From positions 672,001 through 736,000 of the forward strand of contig CAVWLP010000003.1 of the NCBI GenBank assembly GCA_963755915.1: a stretch of DNA of 64,000 nt. Direction: 5' to 3'. A program made the translations under genes and the position numbers. Numbering within the stretch: the first letter of the stretch is position 1; every line of letters begins with the position of its first letter. Below, piece by piece: positions 10,487 through 20,149 of this stretch. The notes below the pieces were generated by a model. It saw only the letters and a program-made list of their open reading frames with translations. It was not told where the DNA came from and ran no database searches. Source of the DNA: an uncultured Phycisphaerales bacterium (GTDB lineage Bacteria; Planctomycetota; Phycisphaerae; Tepidisphaerales; Tepidisphaeraceae).

Positions 10487-11865
10487 TAGAGGAAGAGCCT
10501 CGATCTCCGCTTGTTGAACTGCTTTTGCTGGCGCTGCCGACGGTGGCGCAGATGGCGTCGTACACCATCATGCAGTTCATCGATACGCTGATCCTCTCGC
10601 GCCTTGGAGCGACCCCCCCTACCGCCGCTTCCAACAGCGGGATCCTGGTCTTTTCGCCGATCGCGCTGGGGATGGGGATATTGGTGCTGGTGAACACGAT
10701 GGTGAGCCAGAATTTCGGGCGGGGGGATTTCGCGAAGTGCGGGCAGTATTTGTGGCAGGGAATCTGGCTGGGAGTGGTTTTTGGCCTTGGGCTGCTGCCA
10801 TTATCGCTGGCGGCGCGGCCGATTTTCGCCGGCTTCCATCACCCGGCAGCGCAGGCGGCGATGGAGGCGACCTATTTCCGGATTACCGTGCTGTCGTCGC
10901 CGGTGAAGCTTATTTCGATGACGATCGGGCAGTTTTTGCTGGGGATCAATCGGCCGAATGTGTTGACGATCGCGGCGGTGATCGGCGTGAGCATCAATGC
11001 CGTCGCGGCGTGGTGCATGGTGCTGGGACACGGCGGGTTTTCATCGTGGGGAATCGCGGGGGCAGCGTGGGCCCAGAATATCGGGGTGGTTTGCGAACTG
11101 ACAACGCTGGTGGCGATTTCGTTTGGCAAGGAGATCCGGCGGAAGTTTAATGCGATGGATGCGCGGCTGAGATGGGAGGAGATGAAGACGCTGATCCGAA
11201 TCGGCCTGCCATCGGGGTTGCAGACGTTCAGCGATCTGCTGGCGTGGTCGATTTTCTGCAACCTGGTGCTGGGAATGCTGGGGCCAAAGGCGATGGCGGC
11301 CAATGCATTTATGTTCCGGTATCTGGTGGCGGGGTTTATGCCGGTGGTGGGGATTTCGGCAGCCGTGACGGCGCTGGTGGGACGGTATATCGGGAGGGGA
11401 GAGCCGGACGTAGCGGCGCGGCGGGCGCATTTGGGATTCGCGGTGACGCTTGTTTATATCGGGATATGCGGGGTGGTTTATATCGTCTGGCGGAGGGCGC
11501 TGATTGAACTGTTCACCGACGATCCGGAGATCATCCGGATCGGGGGGATTTATCTGATCGTCGCGGCGATTTATGAAATTTCCGATGCGATGTATCTAAC
11601 CTATATGGGGGCACTGCGCGGGGCGGCGGATACGCTTGCCCCCTCGGTGGTGGGAGCGGTGTTGTGCTGGACGATCACGGTAGGCGGGGGGTATTGCGCG
11701 GCGCGGTTTGCGCCGGGGTTGGGGTATGGGGGGCCGTGGATGGTGGCGTGTGTGTATGGGTGGGTTTTGGGGTCGTATATGTTGATACGATTTTCGAAGG
11801 GAAAGTGGAGGAGAATTCACGTGATGGAGACGGTCCGGGCAAAGGCGCGATTCAGCGCGGATTGA
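10474..11865 (+). CDS. MATE family efflux transporter
   Basis: LALP...QFIDTL..SRLG; GIAGAAWA; IGLP; GALRGAADT; ~12 TM segments. Confidence 0.9.
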   Translation: MDAIIEEEPRSPLVELLLLALPTVAQMASYTIMQFIDTLILSRLGATPPTAASNSGILVFSPIALGMGILVLVNTMVSQNFGRGDFAKCGQYLWQGIWLGVVFGLGLLPLSLAARPIFAGFHHPAAQAAMEATYFRITVLSSPVKLISMTIGQFLLGINRPNVLTIAAVIGVSINAVAAWCMVLGHGGFSSWGIAGAAWAQNIGVVCELTTLVAISFGKEIRRKFNAMDARLRWEEMKTLIRIGLPSGLQTFSDLLAWSIFCNLVLGMLGPKAMAANAFMFRYLVAGFMPVVGISAAVTALVGRYIGRGEPDVAARRAHLGFAVTLVYIGICGVVYIVWRRALIELFTDDPEIIRIGGIYLIVAAIYEISDAMYLTYMGALRGAADTLAPSVVGAVLCWTITVGGGYCAARFAPGLGYGGPWMVACVYGWVLGSYMLIRFSKGKWRRIHVMETVRAKARFSAD

Positions 11866-11872
11866 AAGTTCG

Positions 11873-11913
11873 GCCCCCTCCCCTGCCCTCCCCCGGAGTA
11901 CCGGGGGTGGGGG
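11873..11913. repeat. REP-like palindromic element (CCCTC...CCGGAGTACCGGG), copy 1
   Basis: Similar to 26098-26140; lies just after a stop codon. Confidence 0.65.
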
Positions 11914-11960
11914 AAAGAGTGGGGAAAGTGGAGGAAGATTCATGTGGGGGAAACAGCAAA

Positions 11961-11988
11961 TTGACGGGGGGGATCTATCCGATAGAAT
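11961..11988 (+). promoter_or_regulatory. Sigma70-type promoter TTGACG-N16-TAGAAT for the ileS leader
   Basis: TTGACG at 11961-11966; TAGAAT at 11983-11988. Confidence 0.6.
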
Positions 11989-11998
11989 CCGGTGCGTT

Positions 11999-12061
11999 AT
12001 GCGGAATGCCGCGGTCGCGATTATTCTCCGAATGATTATTGTCCCGCGGCAACTCGGGTAG
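11999..12061 (+). CDS. Putative ileS attenuator leader peptide MRNAAVAIILRMIIVPRQLG
   Basis: 20 codons with two ATT-ATT Ile pairs; the TAG stop overlaps the predicted antiterminator strand. Confidence 0.7.
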   Translation: MRNAAVAIILRMIIVPRQLG

Positions 12062-12090
12062 GGCGCAAACTATGTATTAAGCATTTGTGA

Positions 12091-12125
12091 AACGCCCTGC
12101 CGGTTCGGCGGGGTTTTTTTATTTT
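12091..12125 (+). terminator. Attenuator terminator upstream of ileS
   Basis: CCCTGCCG-GTT-CGGCGGGG stem followed by T7-A-T4. Confidence 0.8.
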
Positions 12126-12153
12126 GGCGTGTTGCTAGAGTTGGGAACTAAAC

Positions 12154-15112
12154 ATGGAAGAGAAGAAGAATTTTAAGGCGACGCTGAACCTTCCGCAGAC
12201 GAGCTTCGCGATGGAGGCGAAGCTGACGGCCAATGAGCCGGCGCGGCTAAAGAAATGGGACGAGCTGAAGCTGTATGAGAAGCTGATGTCGGCGCGCGCG
12301 GGAGGGAAGAAGTGGGTGCTGCACGATGGGCCGCCGTTTGCGAATGGGGACATTCACATCGGGCACGTGATCAACAAGACGCTGAAAGACGTGGTGATGC
12401 GGTTTCGCTCGATGCAGGGGTATCAGACGCCGTACGTGCCGGGGTGGGATTGTCATGGGTTGCCGATCGAGCACAAAATCCAGCAGGATGTGGGGCCGAA
12501 ACTTCGGCAGATGAACGTGGTGGATGTCCGCCGGCTTTGCTTCGAGTATGCGGATAAATACGTGAAGATTCAGGGGGAGCAGTTTCGACGGCTGGGGATT
12601 CTGGGGCAGTGGGATGAGCCGTATCTCACGATGAGTCCGCGCTACGAGGCGGCGACGCTGGAGGTCTTTGCGCGGTTTGTGGAGGCGGGGCTGGTGTACA
12701 AGAAGCTGAAGCCGGTGCCGTGGTCGATCGAGAACCAGACGGCGCTGGCGGATGCGGAATTGGAATACCAGGATCGGACGGACGACAGCGTATTCGTCGA
12801 GTTTCCGCTGGAGGGGCAAGATGAGTTTCTGCTGATCTGGACGACGACGCCCTGGACGCTGCCGGCGAACCTTGCAGTGGCGGTGCATCCGGATGTGGAG
12901 TATTCGCGGGTCAGGTACGGGGACGGAAGAGTCGGAGTTGTCGCATCGGCGTTGGCGGAGCGCGTGCTGAAAGACCGGCGCGGGGAAGTCGTGGGAACGA
13001 AAGCGGGGAAGGAACTGGTGGGGCTTGAGTATCGGCATCCGTTTATCGAGCGCAAAGGGAAAGTCGTGGCGGCGGAGTATGTGACGACGACGGATGGCAC
13101 CGGATTGGTACACACCGCGCCGGGGCATGGCGAGGACGATTACGAGACGGGAATCCGCGAGGGGCTGGAGGTTTACAGCCCGGTGCTGGCCAATGGGCGG
13201 TTTGATGAGACCGCGCCGGAATTTATCCGCGGGAAGTCGGTGTGGGAGGCGAATCCGCTGATCGTTGCCGAGCTGAAATCGCGCGGCTTATTGCTGGGCG
13301 AGGAGAAGATCGCCCACAGCTATCCGCACGATTGGCGGAGTAAGAAGCCGATCATTTTCCGGGCGACGGAGCAGTGGTTTATTGCGATGGATAAGCCATT
13401 TTCGGCTGGGTCTGACCCTGCCGGATTAAGGCCGATGACACTTCGCGATCGCGCGTTATCGGCGACGGGGCTGGACCCTTTCAATCCTCTTACGGAACAA
13501 CAGAAAGGTATCGCCGAGGAGCACTGGCGGATTCATGACGAGGCTCAACGCGAGGGGTTGGAACGCGAGGAGCGGGGAGAGCCATTTAAGCCGGCTTCGG
13601 ATGAAGAGCTGCGCGAAATGAATCGTAAGATTGGGCCAATCCTGCCCCAAGTGAAGAGGTTCGCGCCGGCATGGGGCAGAAATCGGCTACGGGGAATGCT
13701 CGAATCTCGCCCCGACTGGTGCATTTCGCGCCAGCGGGCGTGGGGATTGCCGATCCCCGTTTTCTACAATGAGAAGGGAGAGGTGCTGCTGACGGCGGAA
13801 TCGGTGCGCGCGGTGGCGAAGCAATTTGGGGAAAAGGGAAGCGATGCGTGGTTTAACGAAGAGCCGAAGGATTTGCTGGGGGCGGAGTTTAAATATCCAG
13901 CCGGGTTTTCGGCGGAGAAGCTGCGGAAGGAGAAGGATATCTTTGATGTGTGGTTTGAATCCGGCAGCTCGTGGCACGCAGTACTTCAGGCGCGGCCGGC
14001 TCTCAAATTTCCGAGCGATCTTTATCTCGAAGGGTCGGACCAGCATCGCGGGTGGTTTCAGTTGTCCATGCTGCTGAGTTTGGGAGCCGAGGGGAAGCCG
14101 CCATTTGAGCAGGTGCTGACGCACGGGTTTGTGGTGAAGCCGGATGGGACGAAGGTCAGCAAGTCGGACAAGGAATACGTGACGGCCACGCAGGAGATTC
14201 AGCGGCATGGGGCCGATCTGATCCGGCTTTGGTGCTGCAGCGTCGATTATCAAAACGATATCCCGGCAAGCCCGGCGGCAATCCAGGAGTTTGGGGATAA
14301 GTATCGCAAGATCCGCAACACCCTCCGATATCTCGTGAGCAATCTTTACGATTTCGATCCCAACGCGGACAAGACGCCGGCGGATTTTCGCGGGCTCGAT
14401 GGATGGGCGATGAACGAACTGGGCAAGCTCGTCACGGAAGTGGAGCAGGCTTACGGCGCATATCAGCTTCACCGCGCGTTTCGGCTGCTGCATGATTTCT
14501 GCGCAGTGCAGATCAGCGCGATCTATAGCAATGCGATGAAGGACCGGCTTTACTGCGATGCGGCGAATTCGCCGCTGAGGCGAAGATCTCAGGCGGTGAT
14601 GTATCGGATGGCCGATGCGCTGATCCGGTTGCTTTCACCCATGCTGGTCTTCACGGCCGATGAAGCGTGGGAGCATTTGCCGAACAAACTGGCGAAGGAT
14701 GCCGCCGCGGCCAGCGTGCATCTGCTGCTGTTCCCCAAGGTGGAATTGCCGGCTTCGGAGGAAGATCGGAAGCGCTGGTCGCTGCTGATTGAGGCCCGCG
14801 ATCAGGCGACGCCGCAGCTCGATGCGCTGAAGAAATCGGTGGGGCTGAACAAGGCGCTGGATGCGGAGCTGATTTATCATTGCGATGAGGCGACGCAGAA
14901 GCTGCTGGAGGTTTGCGGGGCCGATCTGGAAGACGTGGTGGGAGCCGGATTCCATAGCTTTGCGCGCGGTCAGTGGCGAGTGGAAGTCGTGGATCGGCGG
15001 GAGAAATATAAGGCCTGCGCGGAGCTGGAAGAGACGGCCGGACGTGGGATCGGACGGCGAATTTCCGGATCTGTCGGCACGGGATGCCGCCGTGGTGAGG
15101 GCGCTTCGATGA
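12154..15112 (+). CDS. ileS: Isoleucine--tRNA ligase (frameshift near ~15020)
   Basis: DGPPFANG..HIGH, PGWDCHGLPIE, WTTTPWTLPAN, DWCISRQR, EGSDQHRGWF, KVSKS; C-terminus ...RSWKRRPDVG...LSARDAAVVRALR* in the shifted frame. Confidence 0.95.
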
Positions 15113-15741
15113 TGGAGCTGGCACCGATCAAACTTGCGGTCCTCGTCAGCGGTTCGGGAACGACGCTCGAGAACATCGTCGCTAAGATCGCGGATAAATC
15201 GCTGAGCGCGAAGATTGAGGCGGTGGTCGCGTCGCGGCCGAAGATCAGGGCCATCGAGCGGGCGACGAAGGCGGGGCTGCCGTGTGAGGTGGTGGATCGG
15301 TCAAAGTATTTTTCGGTGGAGGAGTTCAGCCGGGATGTCTTTCGGATTTGCAGATCGGGCGGGGCGCAATTGATTTGCCTGGCGGGGTGGTTGTCATTCC
15401 TGGAGATTCCGCAGGATTTTGAGGGGAGGATGATGAACATTCATCCGGCACTGTTGCCCAGCTTTGGTGGGAAGGGGATGTATGGATTGCGGGTACACCA
15501 GGCAGTGCTGGAGCAGGGATGCAAGGTGAGCGGGTGTACGGTGCATTTTGTGGATGGGGCGTATGACACCGGGCCGATCATTTTGCAGCGGACTTGCCCG
15601 GTGCTGGAGGACGACACGCCGGAGATGCTGGCGCACCGGGTGTTCGAGGAGGAGCAGATCGCGTTTCCGGAGGCGATCCGGCTGTATCAGGAGGGTCGGC
15701 TGCGAATTGAGGGAAGGCGCGTCAGGGTGATTTCCGAATAA
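15109..15741 (+). CDS. purN: Phosphoribosylglycinamide formyltransferase
   Basis: AVLVSGSGTTL, NIHPALLPSFGG.GMYG, GCTVHFV...YDTGPII; ATGA overlap with the ileS stop. Confidence 0.93.
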   Translation: MMELAPIKLAVLVSGSGTTLENIVAKIADKSLSAKIEAVVASRPKIRAIERATKAGLPCEVVDRSKYFSVEEFSRDVFRICRSGGAQLICLAGWLSFLEIPQDFEGRMMNIHPALLPSFGGKGMYGLRVHQAVLEQGCKVSGCTVHFVDGAYDTGPIILQRTCPVLEDDTPEMLAHRVFEEEQIAFPEAIRLYQEGRLRIEGRRVRVISE

Positions 15742-15768
15742 AAAAGGCGGCCCGCAAAGGGCCGCCTT
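15741..15768. terminator. Terminator between convergent purN and the small-peptide gene
   Basis: AAAAAGGCGGCCC-GCAAA-GGGCCGCCTT hairpin. Confidence 0.75.
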
Positions 15769-15808
15769 ACAAGGCCTCAACCGTTATTTTCAGGTGGAAG
15801 CAGGCTTC

Positions 15809-15949
15809 TTAAGACTTCTTGTGGTGATGATGATGTTTGTGTTTGTGATGCTTATGGATGAGTTTCACAACGTCGCCATGGGCCGGCGCGGCCGGTAGCA
15901 CCGCAAAACTGAAGGCCCCCAAGATTAGAGCAACAAGAAGCTTACGCAT
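15809..15949 (-). CDS. Small secreted His/Lys-rich peptide (46 aa)
   Basis: MRKLLVALILGAFSFAVLPAAPAHG-DVVKLIHKHHKHKHHHHHKKS*; RBS GGAGA upstream; below the ORF-track length cut-off. Confidence 0.75.
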   Translation of the reverse strand: MRKLLVALILGAFSFAVLPAAPAHGDVVKLIHKHHKHKHHHHHKKS

Positions 15950-16117
15950 CGCTTTCTCCAAAGATTCCGGATGTTTCATCCCCAGACCAACGGTCCAGGC
16001 GGATGGGGATAACCCGATCCCACAGTACTAAACGCCACAGGCAGCCGAATATTTCCAGGCAATTTTTATGATACCGGGGGAATAGCGTGGAAATTCTATG
16101 GGAATTGCCGTAAGCGC

Positions 16118-16678
16118 CTAGATTTGCATGATTTCGGCGCGTTTTTTCTCGACCAGTTCATCGACCTTGGCTTCGTAAGTTTTGGTCAGTTCCTGAATCT
16201 GTTCCTTGCCGGAGACAGCTTCGTCTTCCCCAACGACGCCGCCTTTTTCCTCGGTCTCAAGGATCTTGTTGGCATCGCGGCGGGCGTTGCGGATGGCGAT
16301 CTTGGCGGTTTCGGCCATCTGCTTGCACTGGCCGGCAAGCTGCTGGCGGCGCTCCTGGGAAAGAGCGGGCAGCACCAGGCGGAGCTGCTTGCCATCGCTG
16401 TGGGGGGTGAGGCCGATCTTGCTGTCGTTGATCGCTTTTTCGATGGCCCGAAGATCGCCGGGGCTGAAGGGTTTAATCAATATCTGCGTGGCTTCCGGGA
16501 CGCTGATGGAGGCGATGGAACGCATATCCGTCGGCGAGCCGTAATAATCGACCTTGATGTGCTCGACGAGTCCGGGGGTTGCCCGGCCGGTGCGGATGCC
16601 GCGGAGCTCGTGGAGGAGGTGGTCGTTGGCCTTCTCCATGTGCATCTCGGCGTCGATGAGGATGTCGTCGAGGGGCAT
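16118..16678 (-). CDS. frr: Ribosome recycling factor
   Basis: IRTGRATP..V..YYG, IEKAI, IRNARRDAN. Confidence 0.95.
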   Translation of the reverse strand: MPLDDILIDAEMHMEKANDHLLHELRGIRTGRATPGLVEHIKVDYYGSPTDMRSIASISVPEATQILIKPFSPGDLRAIEKAINDSKIGLTPHSDGKQLRLVLPALSQERRQQLAGQCKQMAETAKIAIRNARRDANKILETEEKGGVVGEDEAVSGKEQIQELTKTYEAKVDELVEKKRAEIMQI

Positions 16679-16820
16679 ATGTGTCCATCATAACACTAAG
16701 GGGGTGGGGATGCATCAAGTGTCGGAGGGGATGCAGTGAAGCGTGTTAGAGCAGGTGGCTTTTTTTATTTCGGAGACCGAGCGGCGAGCTTTTTAAAGGC
16801 AAAGGCAAATGCAAAGGCAA

Positions 16821-17029
16821 TGCAGGAGGGGCGAGGGGGAACCAAACGAGATGAGTTGCGTGGGGGCCCCAAAAGTTTCCCCCTCGCCCCTCCCGCACCC
16901 TCCCCACACCCCTTCCATTTTCGCTCGACGCTACGGGAGATGTGAGCGGACGGCCATGCGCGGTTGTACCCCCCTGGCAGGGATCGGCGAAGCATGCGAG
17001 TGGAGGCGAAATCCGATGGCGGTCGCTCA
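16821..17029. repeat. Structured intergenic element with two long hairpins
   Basis: 21-bp stem 16821-16841/16877-16897 (1 mismatch); second imperfect stem TGAGCG..GCCAT / ATGGCGGTCGCTCA at ~16943-17029. Confidence 0.5.
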
Positions 17030-17041
17030 GCGTTAGGGTTG

Positions 17042-17323
17042 CTACGGACGAGGATGTTTCAGCTTACGCCGGAGTCTCGCAATGCACCACACCAAAATGC
17101 CCCCCCATCCGACGACGAACACAGAAATTAAAAAATGGACAAAAGCCTCTTCCGGACCACCCAGCAATGTACTCATGTCGTAAGGCGGTCTGTACGGCGC
17201 GATGGCCAATTCATGTAATAGCCAGATTATCCCGCCGACGAGAACCAATAGGACAAAGGGAAGCACGACCGACGGTCGTCGCGGGTGCTCGCTTCGATAC
17301 TCAAGTTGAAAAATGGGATTCAT
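17042..17323 (-). CDS. Small hypothetical 2-TM membrane protein
   Basis: 93 aa; LEY motif followed by two hydrophobic helices; more AT-rich than its flanks. Confidence 0.5.
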   Translation of the reverse strand: MNPIFQLEYRSEHPRRPSVVLPFVLLVLVGGIIWLLHELAIAPYRPPYDMSTLLGGPEEAFVHFLISVFVVGWGGILVWCIARLRRKLKHPRP

Positions 17324-17396
17324 GGTGCGCGATTATGCCGTCCCGGGCGGAGGACGAGCCATGCGAAAGCCATGTCCGCAGCAATACGGCAGTCGG

Positions 17397-18145
17397 TCAT
17401 TCCGGCGAAATTCTTGTCCCGATATCCTCGCCGCGAATGGTGCGGACGATATTGCCTTCAGTTTTCAGGTTGAAAACCACCAGCGGGATCTTGCGTTCCA
17501 TGCAGAGGGTAATCGCCGTCAGGTCCATGACGCGGAGCTTGTCGGTGAGGACCTGCTCATAGGTGAGGTGGCGGAAGAGCTTGGCGTTTTTGTCTTTCTT
17601 GGGGTCGGCGGAATAGACGCCGTCGACTTTGGTTGCCTTGAGAAGAACGTTGGCGCCGATTTCGGTGGCGCGGAGGGCGGCGCAGGTGTCGGTGGTGAAG
17701 AAGGGGTTGCCGGTGCCGGCGGCGAGGATGAGGACCCGGCCTTTTTCGAGGTGTCGGACGGCGCGGCGGCGGATGAAGGGCTCACAGACGCTGTAGATGC
17801 TGATGGCCGACTGCACGCGCGTGGGTTGGCCCATTTTTTCCATGGTTTCCTGCAAGGCGACGGCGTTGATGACGGTGGCGAGCATGCCCATATAGTCGGC
17901 GGTGGCGCGGGGGATGTTGCCGTCCTCGGCGAAGGTGGCGCCGCGGATGAAGTTTCCCCCCCTACCACGATGGCAAGCTCCACTCCCATCTGCGCGACCT
18001 GGACGCACTGGCGGGCGATGTTTTCCAGCTCGGTGCTTTCGATGCCGAAGGAGCCTTCGCGGCAGAAACCTTCGCCGCTGATTTTGAGCAGGACGCGGGC
18101 GTAGGGGCCGGCGGGGACAGTCGTTTTCGAGGCGGTCTTGGGCAT
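17397..18145 (-). CDS. pyrH: UMP kinase (frameshift near ~17960)
   Basis: [45 protein letters not shown]. Confidence 0.93.
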
Positions 18146-18200
18146 GGGGGGGAATTATAGCGATTGCCGGTCGCTTAGAAATGCGGAATATAGTGTTGGC

Positions 18201-18725
18201 GTGAGCATCATTCTGATCGGATATCGCGGCAGCGGGAAAACAACGGTCGGCCGGCTACTGGCTGGGCGATTAGGGAAGAAATTCGTTGATGCGGATGATC
18301 TGATCGTCATGCGGGCCGGGCAGTCGATCCGGGAGATTTTTTCGGCAGGCGGGGAGCAGGCGTTTCGCAAGCTGGAGATGGAGGTGATTTCCGGGCTGGT
18401 GAAAGAAGTTGACGCGGTGATCGCGCTGGGGGGAGGAGCCGTGACGCGCGAGGAAAACCGCAAGGCGCTGGCGGGGCATAAAATCGTCTATCTGCGCTGC
18501 GACGCCTCGGAACTGCATCGGCGGATCAGTTCGGACCCGGGAACGTCCGATAATCGGCCGAGCCTGACGGCGCTGGGTGGCGGAATCGACGAAATCGAAG
18601 CGCTTTTGCGGCAGCGCGAGCCGATCTATACGGCTGTGATGAGCGAAACGATCGACGTCACCGGCCTTTCGGTGGAGCAGGTTGTCGATCGAATCATGGA
18701 GAGTATTCACCGCGGAGAACACTGA
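18201..18725 (+). CDS. aroK: Shikimate kinase
   Basis: [12 protein letters not shown]alker A; GEQAFR; ALGGG; RP; REPIY. Confidence 0.92.
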   Translation: MSIILIGYRGSGKTTVGRLLAGRLGKKFVDADDLIVMRAGQSIREIFSAGGEQAFRKLEMEVISGLVKEVDAVIALGGGAVTREENRKALAGHKIVYLRCDASELHRRISSDPGTSDNRPSLTALGGGIDEIEALLRQREPIYTAVMSETIDVTGLSVEQVVDRIMESIHRGEH

Positions 18726-18772
18726 GAACGCAGAGAAATAGATTTATGGAAACTTCGGGCTGGCTCTGATTT

Positions 18773-18845
18773 ATTTCTTGGCGCTCTTGGCGTCTTGGCG
18801 GTTATAAGATTTTTAACCGCCAAGACGCCAAGAGCGCCAAGAAAT
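18773..18845. repeat. Perfect 32-bp inverted repeat (REP-like) built from CTTGGCG subunits
   Basis: ATTTCTTGGCGCTCTTGGCGTCTTGGCGGTTA / TAACCGCCAAGACGCCAAGAGCGCCAAGAAAT with a 9-nt loop. Confidence 0.85.
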
Positions 18846-18881
18846 GCAATTGATGTTGGGAGCCGCCGCAAAGATTGAACG

Positions 18882-20081
18882 ATGCCGGATTGGTTTTATA
18901 TTGTTTTTCTGTTTGCGGTTGGCGCCTGCGTGGGGAGCTTTTTGAACGTGGTGGTTTATCGGGTGCCGAGGGGGATGTCGATCGTTTCGCCGCCTTCGCG
19001 GTGTCCGGAGTGTGAGACGCGGCTGGCGTGGCGCGACAATATTCCGGTGTTTGGGTGGATATTTCTGAAGGGGAAGTGCCGGTATTGCGGGAAGCCGATC
19101 TCGATGCGGTATCCGATCATCGAGGCGATCACGGGGCTTCTATTCGTATTTTATTATGTGATGTTCTTTATGCTGCACGTGGGGACGCCGGCGGGGATGA
19201 ACTGGCCGATTTACGGGCTTTACATGGCGCTGATTTCCGGACTGCTGGCGGCGACGCTGATCGATGCGGAGCTGTTCATCATTCCCGCGGAGATTCCCTG
19301 GACGCTGACGGCCGTGGGGATTTTGGTTCATGCGATTGTGGATTCGACGGGGTCGCCGGGGTCGCTAATGCAGACGCCAGCGGTGCTTTCGCTGAGCGCC
19401 GGGGCGGGGATTGGGGTGGTGATCAGCATCGTGCTGTTGCAACTGAAGGTTTTGCCGCTGAGTTTTCCGGAGGGGGATTTGCTGGAAGTGGAGCGGACGG
19501 AGCTTAACGAGCAGGCGAAGAAGGCGGAGGAATCGGGGGAGGCGGGGCCGGAGATTCCGCCGGAGTATACGGGGAAGCAGGTGAGGGGGGAGATTCGCAA
19601 GGAGATGCTCTTCCTGATGCCGCCGTTCGTGCTGGGGGGGGTTTCGGTGCTGCTGTATGGGCACGTGGCGGCAATTGGGGGGATGTGGGTGTCGGCGGCG
19701 CGGCTCGACTGGCTGAATGCGGGCCTGGGGGCGGCACTGGGGGCGATGGTGGGCGCGTTTGTGGTCTGGATCACGCGGATTCTGGGGTCGTATGCGCTGG
19801 GGAAAGAGGCGATGGGGCTGGGGGATATGCACCTGATGCTAGGGATCGGGGCGGTGCTGGGGGGCGGGGCTGCGACGATTACATTTTTTATTGCGCCGTT
19901 CTCAGCGATTGTTGTGGGGCTGTATCTGCTCATCGCACATTCGAGGAGACAGCTCCCGTTTGGACCGTATTTGAGCCTCGCGGCGGGGTTTGTGATGCTG
20001 TTTTATGAGCCGATCGCGGCATATGTACGGCCGGGGTTGGAATTGATCGTGGGGTGGGTGCATCAGATTCTGGGATTTTAA
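18882..20081 (+). CDS. pilD: Prepilin peptidase / N-methyltransferase (A24)
   Basis: GSFLNVVVYRVP, SRCPEC...KGKCRYC, MGLGD, PFGPYL. Confidence 0.9.
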   Translation: MPDWFYIVFLFAVGACVGSFLNVVVYRVPRGMSIVSPPSRCPECETRLAWRDNIPVFGWIFLKGKCRYCGKPISMRYPIIEAITGLLFVFYYVMFFMLHVGTPAGMNWPIYGLYMALISGLLAATLIDAELFIIPAEIPWTLTAVGILVHAIVDSTGSPGSLMQTPAVLSLSAGAGIGVVISIVLLQLKVLPLSFPEGDLLEVERTELNEQAKKAEESGEAGPEIPPEYTGKQVRGEIRKEMLFLMPPFVLGGVSVLLYGHVAAIGGMWVSAARLDWLNAGLGAALGAMVGAFVVWITRILGSYALGKEAMGLGDMHLMLGIGAVLGGGAATITFFIAPFSAIVVGLYLLIAHSRRQLPFGPYLSLAAGFVMLFYEPIAAYVRPGLELIVGWVHQILGF

Positions 20082-20149
20082 GAATCGGGAGATTGGCATC
20101 TTCAGCGCGTTCCGATCAAAATACGACTCAGGGCTGAAAGGGCTGCGTC

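Noticed and set aside
11990-12150. T-box riboswitch upstream of ileS
   Set aside because: No GGTGGNACCGCG T-box motif and the leader is too short for stem I; a leader-peptide attenuator fits better.
13400-13650. Intein in IleRS
   Set aside because: Only ~60 aa, with no N-terminal Cys/Ser block or C-terminal His-Asn.
12154-15741. Apparent 1195-aa IleRS-PurN fusion
   Set aside because: The natural IleRS C-terminus (RSWKRRPDVG...RDAAVVRALR*) is in another frame ending at 15112 and overlaps the purN ATG as ATGA; an indel near 15020 explains the join.
17950-17970. Programmed frameshifting in pyrH and the other split genes
   Set aside because: Breaks are scattered across many unrelated genes with no shared slippery or stimulatory signal; consensus error is more parsimonious.
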